A stretch of DNA of 64,000 nucleotides. Source: Pseudomonadota bacterium (GTDB lineage: Bacteria > Pseudomonadota > Gammaproteobacteria > Nitrosococcales > Methylophagaceae). The translations under genes were made by a program, and so were the position numbers. Positions 41,829-50,090 of the stretch are shown piece by piece. Location: contig JALIBN010000008.1 of the NCBI GenBank assembly GCA_030576275.1, positions 3,925-67,924 on the forward strand. Reading direction: 5' to 3'. Position 1 is the stretch's first letter. Each line of letters opens with the position of its first letter. The notes beneath the pieces are model-generated. The model did not search any database. It had not been told where the DNA came from and saw only the letters and a program-made list of their open reading frames with translations.

Positions 41829-42085
41829 TCAATGAACATCTCAACATGATTATTTTTGACCCGTGCAGCAATGACAATTTTTCCTTGAGCCAATAATTCT
41901 TTATATGAAACAGTCTGATTTCGACCTTTGTATTTTGCATAATACAAAGCATCATCAGCCATACTGATAATATCTGTTGCCCACTGTAGGCTCATCTGTT
42001 CAACAAAACCAATACTAATCGCTACATTGCCGAATTCAGGAAAACAGATGTAAACATTTTGGTTGAAAAAAATTATTGATCGTTT
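41825..42085 (-). pseudogene. remnant of a GGDEF (diguanylate cyclase) gene, C-terminal ~70 codons only
   Basis: A minus-strand open frame with no start codon reads ...FPEFGNVAISIGFVEQMSLQWATDIISMADDALYYAKYKGRNQTVSYKELL...FID*. This matches the end of a GGDEF domain (SIG...AD.ALY.AK..GRN). A stop lies immediately upstream at 42088-42086. Confidence 0.5.
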
Positions 42086-42292
42086 TCAAAACACTTGCCC
42101 ACAGCATCTTTCGGAAAGCCCGTCAATTAATGAGATGCTATGATTGTTTTTATATTCCATCATATAATGTATGAATATTAGACCGTCTGTAAGAAGTCCA
42201 TTTATCTATGAAATAGAACATATTTAACATCACTTTAATACTTCTTGCGCACAGAGTTCATTCTAGAAATAAATACTCGCCGTTACTGTTTA

Positions 42293-43243
42293 TCACAATG
42301 CGGCAAAAAAACGTTCTAATGTTGCCGCTAGTTGTCTAGGGTCAAATTTAGGCACGTAAGCATCAGCACCTACACCTTTACCCATGTCCATATTAGCGGC
42401 GGCTGTTAGTGATGAATGCATAATCACAGGTAAATGCTTGAATCGTGGATCTGCTTTTATCTTTTGCGTCAAAACATAACCATCCATCTCAGGCATTTCA
42501 ACATCAGTCAGCACAAGTTGAATTTCAGTAATAATATCGCGGTTCTCTTTTTCACATTTATCTGCCATACGATTGAGCATTATCCAAGCTTCAGCACCAT
42601 TAACAGCACCGATATGTTTCACGCCCATATGGTCGAGTGCTTTGGTTATTTGTTTACGGGCAATATTCGAATCATCAGCGAATAAAATAGTGTGCTGCCT
42701 ATCAGTATCTAATTTTTCGATACCGTCGAAAAGATTCTCATCATAGAAGCCTCCCGCATCAGCTAAGACTTTTTCAACATCCATAATCATTACTAATCGT
42801 TTATCGGACAATTCTGATACCGCAGTCACCAATCCACCAAGACGTTTTGATAGCAACGGTGGTGGCGCTTTTACTTGTTCCCAGTTTAACCGTTGAATAG
42901 TATCAACTGAATTCACCAAGAAGCCCTGAATATGTGTGTTGTATTCTGTGATCATCAATATTTTCGGTTCATCAGTCGACGTCAAATTACAGAATTTCTG
43001 TAAATTAATGATAGGTACCATCTCACCCCGTAAACTCACAAACCCCTCCACACCATCAGGCATTTCAGGCGCACTTGTAATCTCAGGAATATTCAATACC
43101 TCACGGACTTTAAATACATTGATGCCAAAGACTTCATTTCTACCAGTTTGGTCATTGGTACCTAGGCTAAATAACAGAACCTCTAGGTGATTTGTTCCTG
43201 CTAGTTTAGTGCGTTCATCAATAGAATCAATAAGTGTAGCCAT
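42293..43243 (-). CDS. cheV: chemotaxis protein CheV (CheW-like plus receiver domain)
   Basis: 316 aa. It has an N-terminal CheW-like domain. The C-terminal REC domain carries ILFADDS and LVLTDVEMPEMDG. Confidence 0.9.
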   Translation of the reverse strand: MATLIDSIDERTKLAGTNHLEVLLFSLGTNDQTGRNEVFGINVFKVREVLNIPEITSAPEMPDGVEGFVSLRGEMVPIINLQKFCNLTSTDEPKILMITEYNTHIQGFLVNSVDTIQRLNWEQVKAPPPLLSKRLGGLVTAVSELSDKRLVMIMDVEKVLADAGGFYDENLFDGIEKLDTDRQHTILFADDSNIARKQITKALDHMGVKHIGAVNGAEAWIMLNRMADKCEKENRDIITEIQLVLTDVEMPEMDGYVLTQKIKADPRFKHLPVIMHSSLTAAANMDMGKGVGADAYVPKFDPRQLAATLERFFAAL

Positions 43244-43654
43244 AGCGACCTTCTCTAGTTTCTGTTCGATTAAATTTAGTTGGAAACCTTAGACAAGTTG
43301 TCTTTGGCGCGATGCCAAATTAAAGTACTTCTTCGGAAGGTTCCTGTTCAATAATACCTGTTTATGCTTCATGCTACGAAAACTAATTGCCTTAATTACC
43401 GGATAAGCGGCAGTATTGTCCACATAGCCTACTTTATATAATCACTAAATATACTTACTTAAATAGTAATCACTTAAAAATAGCCAAACGACTATATAAC
43501 AAGCAAAACTCAAGCCGTGTTTCATTTGAAAAATTTACTCTTTTTGGCTTATTAGTGAACATTTTGAGCAAAGTCTATAGAAAAATAGTAGCTAATTGTG
43601 CTAAAGCCTATAGAATAGACATACTTGTAGACGTTCAAATAGCCTTCTAAAAGC

Positions 43655-43741
43655 TGGTACCGAGAGCGAGATTTGAACTCGCACTACTTCACATCCACTA
43701 GCACCTGAAGCTAGCGCGTCTACCACTTCCGCCATCTCGAA
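43655..43741 (-). tRNA. tRNA-Leu (anticodon CAG), possibly impaired
   Basis: 87 nt, colinear with E. coli tRNA-Leu(CAG): ...TGGCGGAAGTGGTAGACGCGCTAGCTTCAGGTGCTAG...GCGAGTTCAAATCTCGCTCTCGGTACCA. The anticodon loop is ttCAGgt. By eye, the acceptor pair 1:72 is U-U and the variable arm pairs poorly. Confidence 0.7.
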
Positions 43742-43784
43742 ATATAACGAGCGGCTACAATACCGATTGAGAAATTCACTGTCA

Positions 43785-45953
43785 ATGACAAAAGAAAACA
43801 CACAAGATCCACACTCTAAACGCGAAGCAGAAAACTACGAGAATCCGATTCCTAGTCGCGAATTTATTTTAGAGATTTTAAAACAAAATGACCGCCCCTT
43901 ATCACGCCGCGCAATTACTAAACTTTTAGCCATTAAAGGCGAAGACCAAACTGAAGCCCTGCGTCGACGTCTCCGTGCAATGGAGCGGGATGGTCAAGTA
44001 TTACGTAATCGTAAGAATGCCTATGGCATCGTCTCTAAAATGAACCTTATAACTGGCCGCGTCATGGGCCATCCAGATGGTTTTGGATTTCTAATTCCAG
44101 ATGAAGGCGGCGATGATCTCTTCTTAAACGACCGAGAAATGCATGTTGTTTTACATGGCGATCGGGCGATCGCAAGAATCAGCGGTGAAGATCGCCGAGG
44201 TCGTAAAGAAGGTCAAATTGTCGAAGTACTAGAACGTGGTAATCCCTTGGTTGTCGGGCGCTTAATTACTGATGCTGGGTTTTATTATTTAATACCGAAC
44301 AATCGTAGGATTAGCCAAGATATTTTAATCCCGCCAGAAAACTTAATGGATGCGCAAGTAGGACAAATTGTAGAAATAGAAATAACCGAACACCCCAATA
44401 AACATCGCTCACCATTAGGTAAAGTTGTAAATGTACTGGGTGACCATATGGCACCCGGCATGGAAATTGAAATTGCATTACGCGCTTTTGATTTGCCACA
44501 TATATGGTCGGTTAAAGCGCTTGATCAAGCAGAATCATTTGGCTCAGAAATACCTAAAGCAGAAATTGCAGGCCGACTTGATCTACGCGACCTTCCCCTA
44601 CTTACTATTGATGGCGAAGACGCTCGCGATTTTGATGATGCGGTTCATGCCGAAAAATTAAAATCAGGCTCATGGCGTTTGTGGGTAGCGATTGCTGACG
44701 TATCGTCTTATGTACAACCGAAAAGCCCACTCGACAAAGACGCACAAGAGCGTGCAACTTCAGTTTATTTCCCAAGCCAAGTGATCCCAATGCTACCTGA
44801 AGCATTATCGAATGGTTTATGTTCATTAAATCCTGATGTAGATCGCTTATGCATGGTTTGTGAAATGGTGGTTAATACTGAAGGTAAACTTGAGTCACAT
44901 CAATTTCATCAAGCAGTAATGAATTCTAAAGCACGTCTAACTTACAACAAAGTAGCCGCCATATTAGTGGATGGAGATGAGGCTTTACGTAACGAATATG
45001 CGGCCGTTTTACCTGGATTAGAAACAATGTATGACTTGTTTAAAGCCATGCTTAATGCCCGAGGAGAACGCGGAGCCATTGATTTTGAAATGACTGAAAC
45101 ACAGTTTGTTTTTGATGAAAATCGCAAACTTAAAACCATTGAACCTCGTCAGCGAAATGATGCACATCGCCTTATTGAAGAATTCATGGTCGCAGCTAAT
45201 GTTTCTGCAGCTCAATTCATATTAAAACATGAATTACCAGCCTTATTCCGAGTTCATGAAGCACCAGCAGAAGAAAAATTGGCTAGCCTTAGAGAATTTT
45301 TAGGTGAATTAGGTTTAGCGCTCGGCGGTGGTGATGAGCCAGAACCAGCACATTATGCCTCATTACTTAAAAATGCTCACAAACGACCTGATGCCCATTT
45401 AATTCAAACGGTCATGTTACGAAGCCTTAAGCAAGCCGTATATACCCCAGACAATGCGGGCCATTTTGGTTTATCGCTTGAAGCATACGCTCACTTCACC
45501 TCACCCATTCGCCGCTACCCTGATTTACAGGTACATCGTGCCATTCGCCACATCATTTCAGGTAAGAAAAAAGTCACTTGGCCTGCTACACACGATGAGA
45601 TGGTTAAACTCGGCGAACACTGCTCCATGGCCTCGCGTCGTGCTGACGAAGCGACTCGCGACGTAAGCGACTGGTTAAAATGTGAGTTCATGCAGGAACG
45701 TGTTGGTGAAGTTCACGAAGGTGTTATAAGTGGCGTAACGGGATTCGGCCTTTTTGTCGAATTAAGCGATATGTATATTGAAGGTTTAGTTCACGTCACC
45801 TCGTTAAAAAATGATTACTATCAATTTGATGCTGCTGGTCACCGATTAATGGGCGAACGAACTCGCAAAGTATATCGTCTTGGTGACAAGGTAGAAGTTA
45901 AAGTCATGCGAGTCGATCTTGACGAAAAGAAAATTGATTTAGAACTCAATTAA
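43785..45953 (+). CDS. rnr: ribonuclease R
   Basis: Start at ATG 43785. The RNB domain carries IDGEDARDFDDAV and FTSPIRRYPDLQVHR. A C-terminal S1 domain is present (GVISGVTGFGLFVEL). Confidence 0.9.
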   Translation: MTKENTQDPHSKREAENYENPIPSREFILEILKQNDRPLSRRAITKLLAIKGEDQTEALRRRLRAMERDGQVLRNRKNAYGIVSKMNLITGRVMGHPDGFGFLIPDEGGDDLFLNDREMHVVLHGDRAIARISGEDRRGRKEGQIVEVLERGNPLVVGRLITDAGFYYLIPNNRRISQDILIPPENLMDAQVGQIVEIEITEHPNKHRSPLGKVVNVLGDHMAPGMEIEIALRAFDLPHIWSVKALDQAESFGSEIPKAEIAGRLDLRDLPLLTIDGEDARDFDDAVHAEKLKSGSWRLWVAIADVSSYVQPKSPLDKDAQERATSVYFPSQVIPMLPEALSNGLCSLNPDVDRLCMVCEMVVNTEGKLESHQFHQAVMNSKARLTYNKVAAILVDGDEALRNEYAAVLPGLETMYDLFKAMLNARGERGAIDFEMTETQFVFDENRKLKTIEPRQRNDAHRLIEEFMVAANVSAAQFILKHELPALFRVHEAPAEEKLASLREFLGELGLALGGGDEPEPAHYASLLKNAHKRPDAHLIQTVMLRSLKQAVYTPDNAGHFGLSLEAYAHFTSPIRRYPDLQVHRAIRHIISGKKKVTWPATHDEMVKLGEHCSMASRRADEATRDVSDWLKCEFMQERVGEVHEGVISGVTGFGLFVELSDMYIEGLVHVTSLKNDYYQFDAAGHRLMGERTRKVYRLGDKVEVKVMRVDLDEKKIDLELN

Positions 45954-46019
45954 TAGCATTCTCACAAGCTGACACAAGGATGTGTTTCGATGATTTTCAC
46001 TAATGAAGCATTATTTATC

Positions 46020-46047
46020 TTGACCAAAATAATAAAGGCGGTAGAAT
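46020..46047 (+). promoter_or_regulatory. candidate sigma70 promoter for tRNA-His
   Basis: TTGACC (46020-46025), a 16-nt spacer, then TAGAAT (46042-46047). It lies about 65 nt upstream of the tRNA 5' end. Confidence 0.35.
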
Positions 46048-46111
46048 GTGCCGCTTAACTTCATGATCATTTGAAACATCAGTTTTCAAACATGTAGTGG
46101 CCATTTAAAAT

Positions 46112-46188
46112 GGTGAGTGTAGCTCAGTTGGTAGAGTCCCGGATTGTGATTCCGGTTGTCGTGGGTTCGAGCCCCATCATTCACCCCA
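46112..46188 (+). tRNA. tRNA-His (anticodon GUG)
   Basis: GGTGAGTGTAGCTCAGTTGGTAGAGTCCCGGATTGTGATTCCGGTTGTCGTGGGTTCGAGCCCCATCATTCACCCCA. It has the extra G-1 and encoded CCA, and is near-identical in layout to E. coli tRNA-His. Confidence 0.9.
46142..46188 (+). repeat. attL: 47-nt direct repeat (3' part of tRNA-His)
   Basis: gattgtgattccggttgtcgtgggttcgagccccatcattcacccca is repeated exactly at 49977-50023. Confidence 0.9.
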
Positions 46189-46312
46189 CTTTACTTTATC
46201 TAAAAGTAATCTTGGAACAAAGACTTACAAATCTCAAGTTAGTTGACATCGACTTATCGTCTTTATCAATTTACTGCACAGGTGCAAACCGAGTGCAAAA
46301 ATAGAGAATAGT

Positions 46313-47451
46313 ATGCCTTATTCAATCCTCAAAGCACCTTCACATAAATTCAAAATCCAATTCCGTTCACACCATATTCAAGGCTCAATCAACAGAACAT
46401 TCACCACCAAGGAAGAAGCAATCAACCTTGGAAAAGAATTAGATGCCAGCTTAGAAAAACTAATTCATGATGAGAAGGCAATCCCTGCTTACCCTCCTCA
46501 AACCCTCATAGACCCTACTTCTTCGACCTTGGCATTGATAGTAAGGGCAATCAACTAACACTATCTCATCTTATTGATAACTATCTTTTGTGGCACAACA
46601 GTCAGCCAGATAAAATTGATTATGGTGTAGCACCAAGACTTAGATGGTGGCGTGAGAATTACGGGCATATAGCTATTGAATCATTTACCGCTATTGATGT
46701 GTCAGAAGGTATTGAAAAGATAATATCTGGTAAAGGTATTTCAGATAAAAAGCCACGAACACCACAAACCAGCAATAGATATAAAGCCAATCTATCAAGC
46801 GTATTCACCTATGCCATCAAACCCAAAAGAGTACACGCTAAAGGCTTTCACACGCCCAAGGCAAGGTTAATCTCCAACCCTTGAAGATTGGTTTAAGGTG
46901 AACCTGAAGGCACTCCTCGCAGACGTAGCCTCACTCTAAATGAGCAAGAACGATTAATTGAAGCAAGCAAACAATCCGAATGGAAACCCATGTACGCCTT
47001 AGCTTTAATGGCACTAACTTGTGGTGCACGCAAGGATGAGTTAGTGGGACTAAGATGGAAAGATATAGACTGGTCAAGCAATACTGTTTTTGTATTACGC
47101 ACTAAAAATGGTGATTCCAAAGAAATGTCCATCATACCCAAACTTAAAGATTACCTATTCAAGTTATGGGATTCAGTGAAATTATCCACTAATAATATTA
47201 ACGTCAAAGACCATGTGATATTTCGAGGAACAGTATCACCATTCAGGTCATTCACAATGCATAAACAATGGATAAAAACCCTTGCACGTGCAGAAATAGA
47301 ACCTTTAGACGATAAGTATGGTGAACCCATTGCATTTCACTCATTACGTCACACGTTTTGCACCACTCTTCATAGAAATGGAGAGAACTTAAAGACAATA
47401 CAATCATTAGCAGGTCATCGAGATATATCAACCACCTTGCGCTATCGTTAG
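46313..47451 (+). pseudogene. tyrosine recombinase/integrase, disrupted
   Basis: It lies in three ORF pieces: 46313-46558, 46588-46884 and 46990-47451. There is one frameshift near 46520-46560. Two in-frame stops (TGA 46882, TAA 46894) separate pieces 2 and 3, which share a frame. Catalytic motifs are CGARKDELVGLRW, HSLRHTF and GHRDISTTLRY. Confidence 0.8.
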
Positions 47452-47513
47452 TCCTAGGCATTGAGGCAAGTATTGATAGCCGATCACAGGATGACTCTTC
47501 TTCTCAAAAATAC

Positions 47514-47895
47514 TTGGGCGTTCCAGATTTAGATTATCCTGCAAAAATCGACATAAGGTCCGCTTGGTCTCTTCAAGCTAGGCTTGGTCGCATCATAAAT
47601 GAACAAACATTACTTTATGTAACTGGCGGCTTTGCCGGCGCGAGAATCCAATCATCATTTTGCGATGTAACAGTACCAGAGTGTGAATCTCACTCTGACT
47701 CAGAAAATGGCTGGACTGCCGGTCTTGGAATTGAACATTTATTGACTGACTATCTATCGATTAAAGCAGGGTACAGTTATGCCGATTATGGTAGCAGAGA
47801 CCTATCAACAGCTGTTCTTTATGGTGACGGCTATTAATGAGAAGCAAAAATATACCGAACACTCATTCCAAGTTGGTATCGCATACCACTTCTAA
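47514..47895 (+). pseudogene. C-terminal fragment of an outer-membrane beta-barrel (OmpA-like porin family) protein, frameshifted
   Basis: It reads ...LLYVTGGFAGARIQ...GWTAGLGIEHLLTDYLSIKAGYSYADYG. After a frameshift near 47820-47835 it continues NEKQKYTEHSFQVGIAYHF*, with the typical terminal Phe. There is no signal peptide or N-terminal half. Confidence 0.55.
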
Positions 47896-47920
47896 TTTTA
47901 TTTAGATACTTATTAACTAA

Positions 47921-47962
47921 CTACAGGTTGCTGCATTATATGCGGCCTGTAGCTTCTTTTTT
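47921..47962 (+). terminator. rho-independent terminator after the OMP fragment
   Basis: Stem ctacagg...cctgtag with an inner stem ctgcat/atgcgg, followed by cttctttttt. Confidence 0.55.
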
Positions 47963-48399
47963 AAATTCTATTCTGATGTATATGAGAGTTATATACACAT
48001 ATCTCTTTAAACAATTAGCCCCCGCCCCCTCAATGCTTTTTAGCGAATCACATACAGAGTTTTTATGTGAGCGCTCCTCCTTCAGAACATCCCTGACGCT
48101 ATCATGAATTAAAACGTAAATCATAACCAGCATCCAGAAATCAAAAGCACTAACACCTAATTTATACCCACAAACACGCTCACTATAAAACTCATCACTT
48201 AAGGGCAATCTAATTGTAATAACTTAGCACCGCATTCAGATAATTGCAATTTCCATCTTGACTTTAACCTTACGACTGGATTAGGGTTCATTGCAACTAA
48301 CTATAAACAAGCCATTAACGCGAGAATTAATTACTAAACACAGTCAAGCAAAGCGGACTGGCTTAAGTGATTTTTAACACTAAGATAGGGGTATTTAAT

Positions 48400-49062
48400 A
48401 TGAAACAAGTATTTTTACTGATTTTTCTGCTGTCTTGTTTTGGCAATGCCATGGCTTGTTATGACGCGTCATTGAGCACCAAGCAAAACTTTGATAACTG
48501 TTTGGGCGAGGCTGAACAAGGTGATGCTAATGCTCAAAACTTTCTCGGACTTTTGTATGCTAATGGTCGAGGCGTATCGAAAGACTCCAAGCAAGCGGTG
48601 AAGTGGTATAAGAAAGCGGCTGAACAAGGTGAGGTTGATGCTCAATACAATCTCGGATACATGTACGCTAATGGTCGAGGCGTATCGAAAGACTACAAGC
48701 AAGCGGTGAAGTGGTATAAGAAAGCGGCTGAACAAGGTGAGGTTGATGCTCAGTACAATCTCGGATATATGTACGCTAATGGTCAAGGCTTAACGCAAGA
48801 CTACAAGCAAGCGGCGAAGTGGTACACAAAAGTGGCTGAACAAGGTGATGTTGATGCTCAGTACAATCTCGGATATATGTACGCTAATGGTCAAGGCGTT
48901 ACGCAAGACTATGTGATAGCCCTTATGTGGTGGAGTATTGCTGGTTCAACTGGTTTCGAAGAAGCAGTTAAAAACAGGGATATTGTTGCTAAAAAAATGA
49001 CACCGGAGCAAATACAAGAAGCGCAGCAGTTAGCACTAGAATGGGCGGCTAAACGCAACTAA
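48400..49062 (+). CDS. Sel1-repeat secreted protein
   Basis: ATG 48400 follows the SD AGGGG. It has a signal peptide (LLIFLLSCFGNAMA) and four or five Sel1 units (AVKWYKKAAEQGEVDAQYNLGYMYANGRGVSKDYKQ). Confidence 0.85.
   Translation: MKQVFLLIFLLSCFGNAMACYDASLSTKQNFDNCLGEAEQGDANAQNFLGLLYANGRGVSKDSKQAVKWYKKAAEQGEVDAQYNLGYMYANGRGVSKDYKQAVKWYKKAAEQGEVDAQYNLGYMYANGQGLTQDYKQAAKWYTKVAEQGDVDAQYNLGYMYANGQGVTQDYVIALMWWSIAGSTGFEEAVKNRDIVAKKMTPEQIQEAQQLALEWAAKRN
48562..48885 (+). repeat. three tandem 108-bp units (Sel1 repeats), first two nearly identical
   Basis: The units start at 48562, 48670 and 48778. The first two differ at only a few positions. Confidence 0.8.
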
Positions 49063-49188
49063 TATTAATCAGAGAAAATACATGAATAAATTATTGCTCG
49101 CTTTAGTTGTGGCTGCTTTTTCGCCCGTTGCTTTTTCCTGCAATAATCTTGTTAACGTGAATACAAAGGACAGACCTGCCTGGATGGC

Positions 49189-49410
49189 ATGGAGACTGGC
49201 TCTCTAGCTCGGTCCAGTTTTGTCAATGAAGCATGGTATGACGGCGAGAGCAATTACATGATAACCCAGCTAAAAGGCACCAATCACCACTACTGTAGAC
49301 TTCCTAGTCAGATTTGGAGTGCGCTGGTATACGCTAAGTCACACGGCAGGTATTACGGTCAAAAAATCAGGGGGAACTTCGATTGTCGCTTAGGGGGTGC
49401 CAAGCAGTAG
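49189..49410 (+). CDS. KTSC-domain protein (probably the 3' part of a frameshifted gene)
   Basis: SSFVNEAWYDGESNYMITQLKGTNHHYCRLPSQIWSALVYAKSHGRYYGQKIRG matches the KTSC domain pattern. A signal-peptide ORF (49082-49207, MNKLLLALVVAAFSPVAFSC...) lies just upstream in another frame. Confidence 0.5.
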   Translation: METGSLARSSFVNEAWYDGESNYMITQLKGTNHHYCRLPSQIWSALVYAKSHGRYYGQKIRGNFDCRLGGAKQ

Positions 49411-49545
49411 ATGATTTCTGACAATCATATCAGGCCAAGAAAAATCCTGAGTTTAATCAAGTAAAATCCCATGGGCTTATTTGGGGCAGATGCGTATCGT
49501 TTTACCTGCAAACTAAATTAACTAATCAACAAAAAGGTGATGACG

Positions 49546-49617
49546 ATGTGGACTAAACCAGAATACTCAGATATGCGTTTCGGCTTTGAAGTAACTATGT
49601 ATATCTGCAATCGTTAA
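49546..49617 (+). CDS. pqqA: coenzyme PQQ precursor peptide PqqA (23 aa), orphan copy
   Basis: It encodes [23 protein letters not shown], which matches the PqqA consensus MW.KP....R.G.EVT.Y...R with the invariant E-x-x-x-Y. The SD AAAGGTGA lies 6 nt upstream and a strong terminator follows. It is too short for the ORF track. Confidence 0.75.
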   Translation: MWTKPEYSDMRFGFEVTMYICNR

Positions 49618-49644
49618 GATTCAGTTACAAAAAGCTTTTAAAGA

Positions 49645-49677
49645 GCTCCAGTAGTTAATTCTGCTGGGGCTTTTTTT
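49645..49677 (+). terminator. rho-independent terminator after pqqA
   Basis: 10-bp stem gctccagtag/ctgctggggc (two G-U pairs), loop ttaatt, then a T7 run at 49671-49677. Confidence 0.7.
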
Positions 49678-49823
49678 ATGTCTGGAGTTTATACAAACTA
49701 TAAAGCTAGCTCAGCTTTTACTTTTTTAATATTGAAGTCAGTGTTGCTAATAGCTTTTCTAGAATCACCCTCAAAAGTATCTGTACAGGTACTACTATAA
49801 TCTAGCAACTGCTCAACCCCTCT

Positions 49824-49835
49824 CCCCCCCCCCCC
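49824..49835. repeat. C12 homopolymer tract (G12 on minus strand)
   Basis: tct-cccccccccccc-ttt was read directly from the sequence. It lies 140 nt inside attR. Confidence 0.9.
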
Positions 49836-49976
49836 TTTAATTCTATACATAAAGTGAGAGATAAAAAGGTGCAGTTTGAGTGCAGATTTGTAGCTGTACA
49901 CCCCTATTTATATTCAAGCCAGCTATTGAAACTTAGTCATAACGTGATACAGTTACTACAGATTCAACCAGCTTGA

Positions 49977-50023
49977 GATTGTGATTCCGGTTGTCGTGGG
50001 TTCGAGCCCCATCATTCACCCCA
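49977..50023 (+). repeat. attR: 47-nt direct repeat copy of the tRNA-His 3' part
   Basis: Identical to 46142-46188. Identity breaks immediately on both sides. Confidence 0.9.
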
Positions 50024-50090
50024 TTATTTCTCAACTATATACCAATTTGTTATTGTTATTTGCATTCCTCTCCTTGCGATTAAACAAGAC

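Larger units (their letters stand above)
46189..50023 (+). mobile_element. degenerate ~3.8-kb integrative island inserted at the 3' end of tRNA-His
   Basis: It is bounded by the perfect 47-nt direct repeat. A tyrosine-integrase gene, now broken, lies 125 nt from the tRNA. The cargo is unrelated to the flanking core genes. Confidence 0.75.

Noticed and set aside
43395-43440. Sigma28-like elements upstream of cheV on the minus strand: TAAAG ... GCCGCTTA.
   Set aside because: The spacer between TAAA and GCCG is about 21 nt rather than about 15, and the -10 element deviates from GCCGATAA.
43601-43801. 66-aa minus-strand ORF. The 64-aa plus-strand ORF at 46110-46304 is a similar case.
   Set aside because: Both ORFs run straight through tRNA genes (tRNA-Leu and tRNA-His respectively), so they are spurious.
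47936-48208. 90-aa minus-strand ORF on the island.
   Set aside because: It has a TTG start and no SD. Its 3' end runs through the plus-strand terminator hairpin at 47921-47962. I recognise no family.
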